A DNA stretch of 64,000 nucleotides from Planctomycetota bacterium (GTDB lineage: Bacteria > Planctomycetota > SZUA-567 > H5-PLA8), in the NCBI GenBank assembly GCA_045863855.1, contig BTVV01000023.1, forward strand, positions 1 through 64,000, in the 5' to 3' direction. The notes beneath the pieces are model-generated. The model worked only from the letters and a program-made list of their open reading frames with translations, had not been told where the DNA came from and searched no databases. A program made the position numbers and the translations under genes. Below, one piece after another: positions 20,035 through 29,146 of the stretch (position 1 is the stretch's first letter; each line of letters opens with the position of its first letter).

Positions 20035-20988
20035 ATGACCGAAGAAAAAATCTACCGCCACTCGGGCATCATGGGCGCGGGGCCGGCGGCCATGCTCGTA
20101 GCGGGCCTGGTGACCACGGCGGTCCTGGGCATCGTGTACGGATTTCTGAACGTCTGGAATCCACTCCTGTACGTGCAGTTCTTCGCCACTTGGGGGTACG
20201 CCTTGGCGCTGGGCTGGATGGTGGGCCGCGCGGGCATCGCCTCGAAGTGCCGTTCGCCGCTCATGGCCACCGTGACAGGTGCGGTCGTGGGCGTGGCCGG
20301 GCTGTACGTGGCGTGGGCTTCGTTCATGTTTGCGCTGGTCCAAAAATTCGGAAGTCCGGGCGGCGGGTTCAGCCTGCTCGGTTGCCTGACTGCTCCCCTG
20401 AGCGTCCTGAATTTCGTGCCCACGCTCGCCGGATCGGGTTGGTTCAACCTGTTCGGATGGATGCCAACGGGCGTGGCGTTGTATGCCTTTTGGGTGATCG
20501 AGGCCGGCATGATCGTGGGCGGGGCAGTTCACTACGCAAGGCGGGAGTTGGACAAGCGAGTGTTTTGCGAATCGTGCAACGGATGGTGCGAAGTGAAGCC
20601 GGACGTGGCGCGCGCCGAGTTGCGGATCCTGCCCGAACTTCAACAAGCGCTCGGCGAGGGCGATCTGGCCGCGCTGGTGGATGTTCCGCCGCCAACGGCC
20701 GGCGAACGGTCATACTTGCGGGTCGATCAGCACCTGTGTCCGACCTGCGGCAATATGGGCACGTATAAGGTAGTCAGGTACGAGCTGGAATTGAACAAGG
20801 ACGGCAAGGAAGAGACGAAGGAAACCGATTTCACGCCGCACGTGCTGCTGACGGCGAGCAATATCGTTCATTTGGGCGAATTGGTGGCGCGCGGCAAAAT
20901 CCAGAAAATTCGGCGTCCTGCGAAGGATGCGCCAAGGACAAGCGCGGCGGAAAGCGATGCTGCGGCAGAGCCGCCGCAGGAGAGCTAG
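20035..20988 (+). CDS. Hypothetical multi-TM protein with C-terminal zinc ribbon
   Basis: Several TM helices, then FCESC and LCPTC; RBS aggggg. Confidence 0.7.
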   Translation: MTEEKIYRHSGIMGAGPAAMLVAGLVTTAVLGIVYGFLNVWNPLLYVQFFATWGYALALGWMVGRAGIASKCRSPLMATVTGAVVGVAGLYVAWASFMFALVQKFGSPGGGFSLLGCLTAPLSVLNFVPTLAGSGWFNLFGWMPTGVALYAFWVIEAGMIVGGAVHYARRELDKRVFCESCNGWCEVKPDVARAELRILPELQQALGEGDLAALVDVPPPTAGERSYLRVDQHLCPTCGNMGTYKVVRYELELNKDGKEETKETDFTPHVLLTASNIVHLGELVARGKIQKIRRPAKDAPRTSAAESDAAAEPPQES

Positions 20989-21006
20989 CTGAAAATCCTT
21001 TCACTC

Positions 21007-22719
21007 CTACTCACGCTCGAACATTAAATAATCCGGGCCGGGCGGGTGGGGATCTGCGGCGACCGGGCGCCAGCCGGGAAGGTCGAAGTTGGGCCAGCCG
21101 TTGGCTTCGCGCCGGAAATAGGGGCGCAGGAGCGGCTCGCGCTCGCGCCAGGAATGCAGCTCGATCAGCAAATAGCGCGCGCCGCGTTCGCGAGCGAACT
21201 CTTCGAACTCGCTCCAGGTCTCGTAGGGCGGTACGAGGTGAATCGCATACGGTTGCGGCAGCAGCCAGAGCAGATCGTAATGCGGGCGCATGTAGCTGGT
21301 CACAAGCGTGACGCGCCGGCGGTGGACGGGATTCTCGAGCAGCCAGTCGCGCAGGTACGCGAATTTGGGCGGCGCTTCGAGCGGCTCCCCAGGCGACCGC
21401 ACGCCCGCGCCGCGCACGCCTCGCGCGAGCAGCGCCGTAGCGGCGAGCGCCAGGACGAACGCGAGCGCGTAGCGCAGCTTATGGCGTTCGCGCCGCAGCA
21501 GGGCCGCGCGCGTGCGGCGCAGGCCGAAGGCTGCGCCTTGCACCGCGTACCACGCCAGCAGCGGCGTCAACACCGCGGTGAAGCGCAGGATCGAAGTGAA
21601 CTTTGCCCACCATGCAAAAAGAAACACGACCAGCAGCACGAAGAACAAAGCAAAAAGCTTGCGAAAGCGCCGGCGGTCGGTAAGCAGCCCCACGCAGGCG
21701 AGCACAAGCACGAGCGGCGCCAGGAGCGCCCAAGGCGCTGAGGATCCGCCGAATAGGCTCAGTAAAGTTCCGGCCTGCAAGACCAGCCCTTCGCCCAGGC
21801 GCGCGAAGATTTCGCCGACGCCTTGCTCTTCGATGAATCGCAACGGTCCGGCGGCACCGTCGTCGAGCAGCCGTGCGTCGTAATAGGGCAGCCAGAAAAA
21901 CTGCGCGTTGCGATTATGCAGTGGGCTGCCGTAACGCAGCGTGTTGTTGATCAGAACCGGCCAGGCCACCACGAGCGCGCCAAGGGCAAAGAGGCCGAGC
22001 GCGCGGAGGCGTTCGCGCCAAACGGCCGTCAAAGGCTCTGGGGTATTGCGCCAACGCTGCCACGCGCGATCGGCGATCCACGCCATGACACACGCGGCGA
22101 GCAGGACGGTGATCGTGGCTTTGAACATGTACGCGGCGCCGATGGCGAGCCCGGCCCAGAACGCGTGCGCGCGCGGCCGCCACGCTCCGGACAAGAGCAG
22201 CCACGCAACGAAGGTGAGTGCGTAGATCAACGGTTCGGCGGCGATCTTGGCCGCGAGGTGGGTCCACGGCATGCAGGCTGCGCAAAGCGTCGCGACGACG
22301 AGGCCCGCGCGCGGCGAGGCAGCTCGCGCCGCGCCGAAATAGACGAGCCCTACCGCCAGCGCTGCGAGCGCCGCCTGTAAGGCACGGAACGGATGCACGG
22401 CGTTCAAGCTGCGCTCGGCAAAGAAACTCCCCAGCAGCGGCAAACCCGGCGTGCGGTTGTCGAAGGGATACGCGCCGCGGAAGCAACTCGAAAGGAAGCC
22501 GGTCAGCCCGCCTTCTTCGGCGATGGAGCAGCTTTCGTGGAGGAAATTGCACTCGTCGCTGGCCGGGAGTTCGCCGTAGGCATTCGAATAGGCGTTGAGC
22601 GCGAGAGCCACGGCCAGCGCGCCCGCTAACGCGGCGCAGAGCGCATGCAGCCCGCGCCGCGCTCGGCGGAACCGGGCCAGGGATGTCGAAACAGGTAGGC
22701 CGGTCGAATCGTGAGCCAT
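21007..22719 (-). CDS. GT-C fold integral membrane glycosyltransferase (ArnT/PMT-like)
   Basis: First TM followed by a DE motif (ASDE), RTPGLPLL, AEPL, AGLAIGAAYMFKAT; many TM helices. Confidence 0.75.
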   Translation of the reverse strand: MAHDSTGLPVSTSLARFRRARRGLHALCAALAGALAVALALNAYSNAYGELPASDECNFLHESCSIAEEGGLTGFLSSCFRGAYPFDNRTPGLPLLGSFFAERSLNAVHPFRALQAALAALAVGLVYFGAARAASPRAGLVVATLCAACMPWTHLAAKIAAEPLIYALTFVAWLLLSGAWRPRAHAFWAGLAIGAAYMFKATITVLLAACVMAWIADRAWQRWRNTPEPLTAVWRERLRALGLFALGALVVAWPVLINNTLRYGSPLHNRNAQFFWLPYYDARLLDDGAAGPLRFIEEQGVGEIFARLGEGLVLQAGTLLSLFGGSSAPWALLAPLVLVLACVGLLTDRRRFRKLFALFFVLLVVFLFAWWAKFTSILRFTAVLTPLLAWYAVQGAAFGLRRTRAALLRRERHKLRYALAFVLALAATALLARGVRGAGVRSPGEPLEAPPKFAYLRDWLLENPVHRRRVTLVTSYMRPHYDLLWLLPQPYAIHLVPPYETWSEFEEFARERGARYLLIELHSWREREPLLRPYFRREANGWPNFDLPGWRPVAADPHPPGPDYLMFERE

Positions 22720-22960
22720 GCGCGCCGAAGGTTCAAGCGGCGCGAGCCCGAACGCCGCGCCGTGCGCAGCAGCCTACCATCTTTTCAAGGCGAATCGGCG
22801 GGACAATTCGAGTCACGCGAAACGATTTACCCTGCCGTTACTGCCCCTGCCGGCGCCAACAGGAGTTCTATCACGAAGCGCATGGCGAGCTCGGGCGTCC
22901 TTCCGATAGAGTTGAGGCAACGGGCGCCATGCGTCGATTATTTCCCGAACAGGATTCCCG

Positions 22961-23311
22961 ATGCGCTTTCCCGACGATGCTCCGGTGACACCGGCCAAGA
23001 AAGAGGGCCTCCGCGCGCAGATTATCCGGCTGGGTGTGGACCTCAATGCGGTGGACGAGCGCTTCGTCAAGGCGAGCGGTCCGGGCGGACAGAAAGTGAA
23101 CAAGACCGAGAGCGGCGTACAGCTTCGTTACGCGCCGCTGGAGCTGACGGTGAAATGGACCCGCGAGCGCAGCCGCGCGCTGAACCGCTTTCTGGCACTG
23201 AGGGAACTGGCCGAAGAGATCGAATTACGCCTATCGCCCGGGACAAGCACGCGCCTGAAAGAACAGGCGCGCGTGCGGAAGCAGAAGGACCGGAGACGCA
23301 GGCGCGGCTAG
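22961..23311 (+). CDS. Short GGQ peptidyl-tRNA hydrolase / release-factor-like protein (ArfB/C12orf65-like)
   Basis: FVKASGPGGQKVNKTESGV motif and basic C-terminal tail RVRKQKDRRRRRG; 116 aa. Confidence 0.85.
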   Translation: MRFPDDAPVTPAKKEGLRAQIIRLGVDLNAVDERFVKASGPGGQKVNKTESGVQLRYAPLELTVKWTRERSRALNRFLALRELAEEIELRLSPGTSTRLKEQARVRKQKDRRRRRG

Positions 23312-23322
23312 AGCGCCTTCGC

Positions 23323-23553
23323 TTACCCCAACTTTCCGGCGTACTTCAGCAGGTCGCCCACCGTATTTAGCGCGGCGGCGTCTTCGTCGCTGATCTCCAC
23401 CTTCAGCGCTTCTTCGAGATCGGCGAGCAACTGCAATCCCTTGGGCGAATCGATGCCCAGATCGGCGACCAGCTCTTGCTCGGGTTTCAGTTCGGCCTTC
23501 GGTTTCCCGCTGACCTTACTCAGCACATCCAGCACGGTGTCCTGCTTGCTCAT
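23323..23553 (-). CDS. Acyl carrier protein
   Basis: 76-aa acidic protein with DLGIDS phosphopantetheine site and LEEALKVEISDEDAAALNTVGD. Confidence 0.9.
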   Translation of the reverse strand: MSKQDTVLDVLSKVSGKPKAELKPEQELVADLGIDSPKGLQLLADLEEALKVEISDEDAAALNTVGDLLKYAGKLG

Positions 23554-23602
23554 CTGTCGCATCCTCGGTTGACCTTCGTGGTTCGCTTCAAATGCCGGAC
23601 CT

Positions 23603-25330
23603 TCACAGTCGTTCCAGTTCGCCGTCGATGTAGCGGCGGCGCAATTCGCGGCGCTGCACTTTCCCGCTGGTGGTGCGCGGAACTTTGCCACGCTTGACGA
23701 AGACCACGTCTGACAACGGCAGGCCGATCTGCCGGCCGATGCGCAAGCGGATCTCGCGCTCCAATTCGGCCAATGCTTCGCCTTCGCGCTCGGAGACTTC
23801 CATCACCAGCACGGCCTGCTCGCCTGCGGCATCTTTGGCGATGCTGAAGGCGCCGCAGCGTTCCGCGCCGCCGCCGTCGCCGCCGCCGCAGGCTTCGGCG
23901 ATCCATTCCAGTTCGTGCGGCATCACGTTATGCCCGTGGACGATAAGGAGATCCTTGGTGCGGCCGGTGAGGTACAGTTCGCCGTCGTGCAGGAAACCCA
24001 AGTCCCCGGTGACGAGCCAGCCGTTCTGAAGTCCTTCGCGTGTCCCTTCGGTGTCGTTGTAGTAGCCGGCGAAGACGCCCGGCCCTTTAACGCGCACTTG
24101 TCCGATGCCCCCTTCGGCAAGCGCCGAACCATCGGGCGCGGCGATCACGACCTCGGTATCGGTGACCGGGCGTCCGTTACAGACGACTTCGTTCAAGCCC
24201 ATCCCGGAATCGGCGCCTTTGGGCATGGGACGTGTACGCACGCCGCAGCATAGAACATCGAAGGTGACGGCGAGCGTCGCTTCGGCCAGGCCGTAGCAGG
24301 GGCGGAACGCCTCGGGGCGGAAGCCCGCCGCCGCGAACTTCTCGGAGAATGCGGCGCAGGTTTCGGGGCGAACCATCTCGGCGCCGGTCATGGCTCCGTA
24401 CCAGTTGCCTAAATTGACGCCCTTGAGGTGCTCGGGTTCGACGCGCTGCACACAAAGCTGGTAGGCGAAATTCGGCGCGGGCGCGAGCGTGCGGCCGTTG
24501 AGCCCGAGTTGTTGGAGCCAAAGTTGCGGGCGCATCAGGAACGTGGTGTCGGGGCGCATGAGCGTCAGATCGACGCCGTGCACGATCGCAAAGAGGAGGC
24601 ATCCGACCAGTCCCATATCGTGATTCAGCGGAAGCCAGGAGACGATGCCGTCGACCAGATCGTGGAGCAGGTGGCCGCTGGGCGCGCGCACGGATTCGGC
24701 GATGGCGCGCGGGTTGTGCACGGCGGCACGATGCGGGATCATCACGGCGCGCGGAATGCCCGTGCTGCCGCTGGTAAGCTGCAAGAACGCGAGTTCTTCA
24801 GGTTCGGGGTCGGCGATCCGCACGCCGCTCGCCGGCGTGGTTTTGGCAAAGGCTTCAGGCCCCAAGGCCAGACGCCGGGCGCGCGACATCCCCGCCGCTT
24901 CGACTTCCTGAACCAGGCTCTCGTCGCAGAGCATGCGCGCGGCGCCCAAACGTTCGACGATCCCCTCGAGTTTGCGCAGATGGGCTTCTTGCGATCCCAT
25001 CGCGCCGCCGGGCGCGACGCAGACTGGCCGAGCGCCCAGGAGCACCGCGCCCCACCACGCTTCGAGCAGGTTCCAGGAGGTTGGAAGGCAGACGACGACG
25101 CGGTCGCCGGGGCGCACGCCCAATGCGGCCCAGCGTCCGGCGGCTTCACGCGCGCTGGCCAGCACATGTGGGTACGCGCGGAACTCGCTCTCGCGACCGC
25201 GCCGGTCGAAGACGCGGATGCCGCGCGTGGGCGCGTTGCGCGCGGCATGCGCGAGCATCTCGGGCAGGGTCTGAGGCGTATCCAGCATGGTGGACATGGT
25301 ATCCGGCGCGTGCGATTCCGGCGAATGCAC
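23603..25330 (-). CDS. Fatty acyl-AMP ligase (FAAL)
   Basis: LQLTSGSTGIPR, WLPLNHDMGLVG, APNFAYQL, PCYGLAEATLAVT, TGDLG, GRTKDL and PRTTSGKVQR. Start could be 25297. Confidence 0.9.
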   Translation of the reverse strand: MHSPESHAPDTMSTMLDTPQTLPEMLAHAARNAPTRGIRVFDRRGRESEFRAYPHVLASAREAAGRWAALGVRPGDRVVVCLPTSWNLLEAWWGAVLLGARPVCVAPGGAMGSQEAHLRKLEGIVERLGAARMLCDESLVQEVEAAGMSRARRLALGPEAFAKTTPASGVRIADPEPEELAFLQLTSGSTGIPRAVMIPHRAAVHNPRAIAESVRAPSGHLLHDLVDGIVSWLPLNHDMGLVGCLLFAIVHGVDLTLMRPDTTFLMRPQLWLQQLGLNGRTLAPAPNFAYQLCVQRVEPEHLKGVNLGNWYGAMTGAEMVRPETCAAFSEKFAAAGFRPEAFRPCYGLAEATLAVTFDVLCCGVRTRPMPKGADSGMGLNEVVCNGRPVTDTEVVIAAPDGSALAEGGIGQVRVKGPGVFAGYYNDTEGTREGLQNGWLVTGDLGFLHDGELYLTGRTKDLLIVHGHNVMPHELEWIAEACGGGDGGGAERCGAFSIAKDAAGEQAVLVMEVSEREGEALAELEREIRLRIGRQIGLPLSDVVFVKRGKVPRTTSGKVQRRELRRRYIDGELERL

Positions 25331-25344
25331 GCGCCCGCGAACGG

Positions 25345-26184
25345 CTACTCGCGCCCGATGCGCGCGGCTTCCGCGGGATCGCTCGCGACGCTTTCCCGGG
25401 CCGCCACTTTTTGGCCGGCCTCGATGGACTTCTCCAGCCGGCGCATCGCATCCTTCTCCAGTTCGCCGAAGAGCGCTTCGGGGTCGAGCCCCACGCCGCG
25501 CATGTCGGGGCCTAGCGCCTCGAAAATCGGAAGAATCAACTGGAGCACCCGGTGCAGCCGCGAGCGCAGGTGTTCGCCGAAAGTCTGCCCTTCCTGCTGG
25601 GCTTTCCGAAAGAGCGTCGCGAAGCGTTCCTCAAGGTAAATGTGGTTAAAGCCAAGATGCCGCGCTTCGTCCACCAGAATGCCGTCGGCGATCTCGCTCA
25701 GCACCGGATCGAGGTCCAAGCGGCGGAAATCTTCCATCACCAGCTTGGCAAGCACTTCGCTGATCAGTACGCCGCTGAGCCATTCGCCCACGTCGTCGCT
25801 CACGATGGCGCTCTGAAAGAGGTACCCGGATGGGAATTTGCGAATCGGGAGCGGCTCGCGCCCGATGCGATGGTAATAGCGCGCAAACAACTCGGTATGC
25901 CGCGCTTCGTCGACGGCCCAGGTGGTGAGGTAAAATTGGCTCTCGACTTCGCAGGTTGCGCCGAGTTTCGGGATCAATCCGCTAACGCTGTACAGCGCCG
26001 ACTGCTCGCCCATGATGATCGGCGTCAGTACTTTGGCGAGCTGATCTTTGGAGACATCCTTGGTAATGCGCTGAGGCTTGCCCCAATCGAGATCCTCGGC
26101 CGACCACTGGCTGCGCAGGGCTTTGTGCCAGATGGACATGTGCCGCTGCCGTGACAAGTCCGGCAACACTTTGTAAATCTTCAT
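25345..26184 (-). CDS. Ferritin-like diiron-carboxylate enzyme (AurF / acyl-ACP desaturase / R2-like superfamily)
   Basis: Ligand pattern GE...DEARH...E...DEARH; QWSAEDLDW N-terminal motif. Confidence 0.8.
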   Translation of the reverse strand: MKIYKVLPDLSRQRHMSIWHKALRSQWSAEDLDWGKPQRITKDVSKDQLAKVLTPIIMGEQSALYSVSGLIPKLGATCEVESQFYLTTWAVDEARHTELFARYYHRIGREPLPIRKFPSGYLFQSAIVSDDVGEWLSGVLISEVLAKLVMEDFRRLDLDPVLSEIADGILVDEARHLGFNHIYLEERFATLFRKAQQEGQTFGEHLRSRLHRVLQLILPIFEALGPDMRGVGLDPEALFGELEKDAMRRLEKSIEAGQKVAARESVASDPAEAARIGRE

Positions 26185-26221
26185 CGCTGTAAGGCTCCGC
26201 CCACTAAAAGGAGGTCCAGAT

Positions 26222-26249
26222 ACTTTATTTTCGGTTCGAGCGCTGTCAA
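26222..26249 (-). promoter_or_regulatory. Sigma70-type promoter for the diiron-FAAL-ACP operon
   Basis: Minus strand TTGACA-N16-TAAAGT, about 38 nt upstream of the ATG. Confidence 0.6.
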
Positions 26250-26318
26250 GCCACCCCGCAACTTGCACCGATGCGGGAGCCCGGTAAGAATGGATCGCAA
26301 CGCACGGAGGCCGGTTCG

Positions 26319-26606
26319 ATGTCCATTACGCCCGATCAGGTTAGACACGTGGCGTTGCTCTCACGCCTGCAACTCGGCGAAGACGAAGTCGAACGCTACA
26401 CTAAGCAACTGGATGCGATCCTGGGGCACGTCGAGCAGCTCAATGCGCTGGATACCTCCAACGTCGAGCCGATGATCACTGCCACCGTTTCGGGGAATGT
26501 CTTTCGTCCTGACGAGCCGCGCCCGAGCCTGACGCGCGAAGAGGCGCTGCAAAGCGCGCCAAAGTCCGATGGCGAGTTTTTCGTGGTGCCCAAGGTCATC
26601 GAGTAA
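26319..26606 (+). CDS. gatC: Asp/Glu-tRNA amidotransferase subunit C
   Basis: MSITPDQVRHVALLSRL...LDTSNVEP...FRPDE...FFVVPKVIE; RBS ggagg. Confidence 0.95.
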   Translation: MSITPDQVRHVALLSRLQLGEDEVERYTKQLDAILGHVEQLNALDTSNVEPMITATVSGNVFRPDEPRPSLTREEALQSAPKSDGEFFVVPKVIE

Positions 26607-26617
26607 GCCAGAGCCGT

Positions 26618-27808
26618 TCAGCGGTTCTGGGCCGTCGCATCGCCGGCGGCCTGCGCTTTCGACGCCATTTCCTTTTCACGCCAAGCGTAGTGCTGCAGCA
26701 TGGCCTCCCGCGCGGCCACGGCATCCTGATAAGTTCGCGCAAGCGTCTTGAGCGCCACGTCCGCGCCCGCCTCGACGTACGGAGCTTCGGCAGGCGGACG
26801 CGTGTTAAGTCGCGCGTTGAGCTTGCGGTCGCTGCGTCGATCGACGATGCGCGCGTCGATCTGTTCGGGAATCGACGTGCCGTGCCAGTTCTCGCCGATC
26901 AGGACTTCCATGGGGTTCTTGGGCTGCACCGGCAACGCACGCAGATGCGCGCCAGCCAAGTCCACGAAATGGTTCTGTTCGATATGCAGCGCGTCGGCGC
27001 CGGGATTGGAACCCAAGACAATGCCTTCGCGACCGTGCTCGAAGAGGCAGCGCCGCGCCAACAGAGCCCACGGGCCGGCGTCGTACGTTGCCAGGACGCC
27101 CCCGCAGCGTTCGAAGGTGGTGTGCACGAACAGAGCGGCGCCGCGCGCCAACGCATAATGTTCCGCGCGCGTAAACCGGCAGCCAAGCCATTGGGCCGAA
27201 CCGCCACGCTGCGTAACGGCCACGTCCAACAGATCCGCTCCGCGCAATTCGCTGGCTTCGCGGCCGTATAGGAAAAGCGCGGCGTTACGCGCGCCCGATC
27301 CTTGCAGCGCCACGCGGTCTTTCGTGAGCCCATCGGTAAGCAGCCGGCCGTAAATCCAAAGCATGCCTTGCTGAGTGGGATCGGGAGCGCCGGCTTGCAG
27401 AGGCCGAGGCGCGAGTAAGTCCGGCTGCAGGTACAACTTCGCTCCTTCCTTGAGCAACAGCGTGCGGCCCGCGGGGACCACCAGGCTCCCTCGCACCAGG
27501 ACGGGGCTTTGATCGGCGGTGAGCGTGGTGTCACGCGTCAACGTGCCGCCGAGAACCATACGGTAACCGTCGATCTTGGGGCCGCTGTACGTGCTGGGAT
27601 TGTCCGTGTAGACGCCGAAACGCGGATCTTCCCAATCTTCAGGCAGTTCGATGACTTCTGCCGCCGTAGCGCCACCGGGCAATTGCGGCGGCGGCTTCAG
27701 CACCGAAAGCGGATCCGCAACGATCGATTGAAGCGTTTCTTGGCCGGCGCAGGTGCAAACCGTCCAGAAGCTCAACCAAAGGAGAAGCGATAGATACTTG
27801 GAAAGCAT
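26618..27808 (-). CDS. Exported protein with parallel beta-helix-like region
   Basis: Signal peptide; LGGTLTRDTTLT...SPVLVRGSLVVPAGRTLLLKEG and ENWHGT motifs typical of beta-helix passenger-like proteins. Confidence 0.6.
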   Translation of the reverse strand: MLSKYLSLLLWLSFWTVCTCAGQETLQSIVADPLSVLKPPPQLPGGATAAEVIELPEDWEDPRFGVYTDNPSTYSGPKIDGYRMVLGGTLTRDTTLTADQSPVLVRGSLVVPAGRTLLLKEGAKLYLQPDLLAPRPLQAGAPDPTQQGMLWIYGRLLTDGLTKDRVALQGSGARNAALFLYGREASELRGADLLDVAVTQRGGSAQWLGCRFTRAEHYALARGAALFVHTTFERCGGVLATYDAGPWALLARRCLFEHGREGIVLGSNPGADALHIEQNHFVDLAGAHLRALPVQPKNPMEVLIGENWHGTSIPEQIDARIVDRRSDRKLNARLNTRPPAEAPYVEAGADVALKTLARTYQDAVAAREAMLQHYAWREKEMASKAQAAGDATAQNR

Positions 27809-27952
27809 CGGTCCAGCGCCCCCACGCGCGTAAGGTTGGCTCCTTGGGAAAGAGTGCGGAGCCTCCACACCGGTTTCGGCTACTTAAAGGGGTGAGCTTG
27901 ACTCCTCATTAGGATTTCGGCAGGTTGATTGCCCAGAAAATATTTTTAAAAA

Positions 27953-27981
27953 ACAAGTAACTAAGTCACTAGTTGACTTGT
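27953..27981. promoter_or_regulatory. Palindromic operator-like site upstream of the GntR gene
   Basis: ACAAGTAACTAAGTCACTAGTTGACTTGT: outer ACAAGT/ACTTGT and inner AAGTCA-CTAGT-TGACTT dyads in AT-rich DNA. Confidence 0.55.
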
Positions 27982-27991
27982 ATGCAGACAC

Positions 27992-29104
27992 ATGAGCATC
28001 CACCGCGAGCCTTTACACGAGCAGATTGCCCAGACGCTCCGAGATGAGATTCGTGCGGGCTTACGCCCGGGTACTAAACTGGATTCGGAAAGTGCTTTAT
28101 CTAAACGGTTTACAACAAGCATCGTGACTGTTCGCGAAGCCTTGTTGCTGCTTGCTCGAGAAGGTTTGCTCATTCGAAAGCAAGGCAGCGGGACGTATGT
28201 CGCAGAACCTCCCAAGTCCTTGCACTTGGCCATTTTGACCGATGGACACCTATACAACGCCCAAACATCTCCCTTTTTCATGAGTGCCGCGATGGCAATG
28301 GTTCGGCTGTTCGCGGCCGCAGGATACGCTGCTCGCTGCTACATGGGTGCCCAGAAAGAATGCCCGGCGGACAAGGATCGCCCGGTGACGTACTGGTCGG
28401 ACGCAGTGAAAAAACAGGAGGTGCTCGGTGTGGCGGCGCTGGCCACGCAGCCGAACGCAACTTGGATGGAGCCGCTCACCGCTCGCCAGGTTCCAATAGT
28501 TGGCCCGGCGCATCGCTACGAGTACGGTGTCACGCACGATCACGCGAACTTCGCGCGCCGCGCGGTGGAATACCTCGTGGCGCGCGGCCGGCGGCGCATA
28601 GCGTTGCTGGGCTGGCACAGCCGCCAAGAACCTTCGGCCTACTACGACCGGACGCTCGACGAACTTCGCGCGGCGCACGGACTCCAGACGCCGCCCGATT
28701 GGGCGCCGCCGGCGGCGAGCCATTTACAGGTCGGTGAAACGTGGCGGCAGTTCCGGCGCTTATGGAGTGCGAGTCCTCTAAAGCCCGACGGCCTCGTGAT
28801 CGGAGACGACTGGCAGGCGCGGGAAGTCGTACCGGCGCTGCTGGAATGCGGGATTCGGATTCCCGAAGACCTGCTGCTGCTGGCGCATTCGAACAAAGGT
28901 TCTGGGTTGAGTTATCCGTTTCCGGTGGTGGAGTTGGAGCACGATCCGGAATCCTACGGCGAAGCGATGGGCAAACTGCTGCTGCAGCGCCTGCGCGGAG
29001 AAGCCATCGCCGAGCGGCGCGTGGTGTCCCCCTTCGCACTGGTGGAACCCGAGGTGCTGAAGCGTTCGCGCCCGGCCTCCTGGCACGACGGACAAGTCGC
29101 GTAA
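27992..29104 (+). CDS. GntR-HTH + LacI-type periplasmic-binding-fold regulator (AraR-like)
   Basis: LDSESALSKRFTTSIVTVREAL...RKQGSGTYV; C-terminal GRRRIALL, PDGLVIGDD, GIRIPEDL. Confidence 0.9.
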   Translation: MSIHREPLHEQIAQTLRDEIRAGLRPGTKLDSESALSKRFTTSIVTVREALLLLAREGLLIRKQGSGTYVAEPPKSLHLAILTDGHLYNAQTSPFFMSAAMAMVRLFAAAGYAARCYMGAQKECPADKDRPVTYWSDAVKKQEVLGVAALATQPNATWMEPLTARQVPIVGPAHRYEYGVTHDHANFARRAVEYLVARGRRRIALLGWHSRQEPSAYYDRTLDELRAAHGLQTPPDWAPPAASHLQVGETWRQFRRLWSASPLKPDGLVIGDDWQAREVVPALLECGIRIPEDLLLLAHSNKGSGLSYPFPVVELEHDPESYGEAMGKLLLQRLRGEAIAERRVVSPFALVEPEVLKRSRPASWHDGQVA

Positions 29105-29146
29105 CTGCTTTCGAACTGAAAAAGTATGCTTGCGGGGGATCGATCG

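Noticed and set aside
22720..22960. Structured RNA upstream of the GGQ gene (cgcatggcg / cgccatgcg)
   Set aside because: Only a 9-bp GC-rich inverted repeat with no recognisable riboswitch features.
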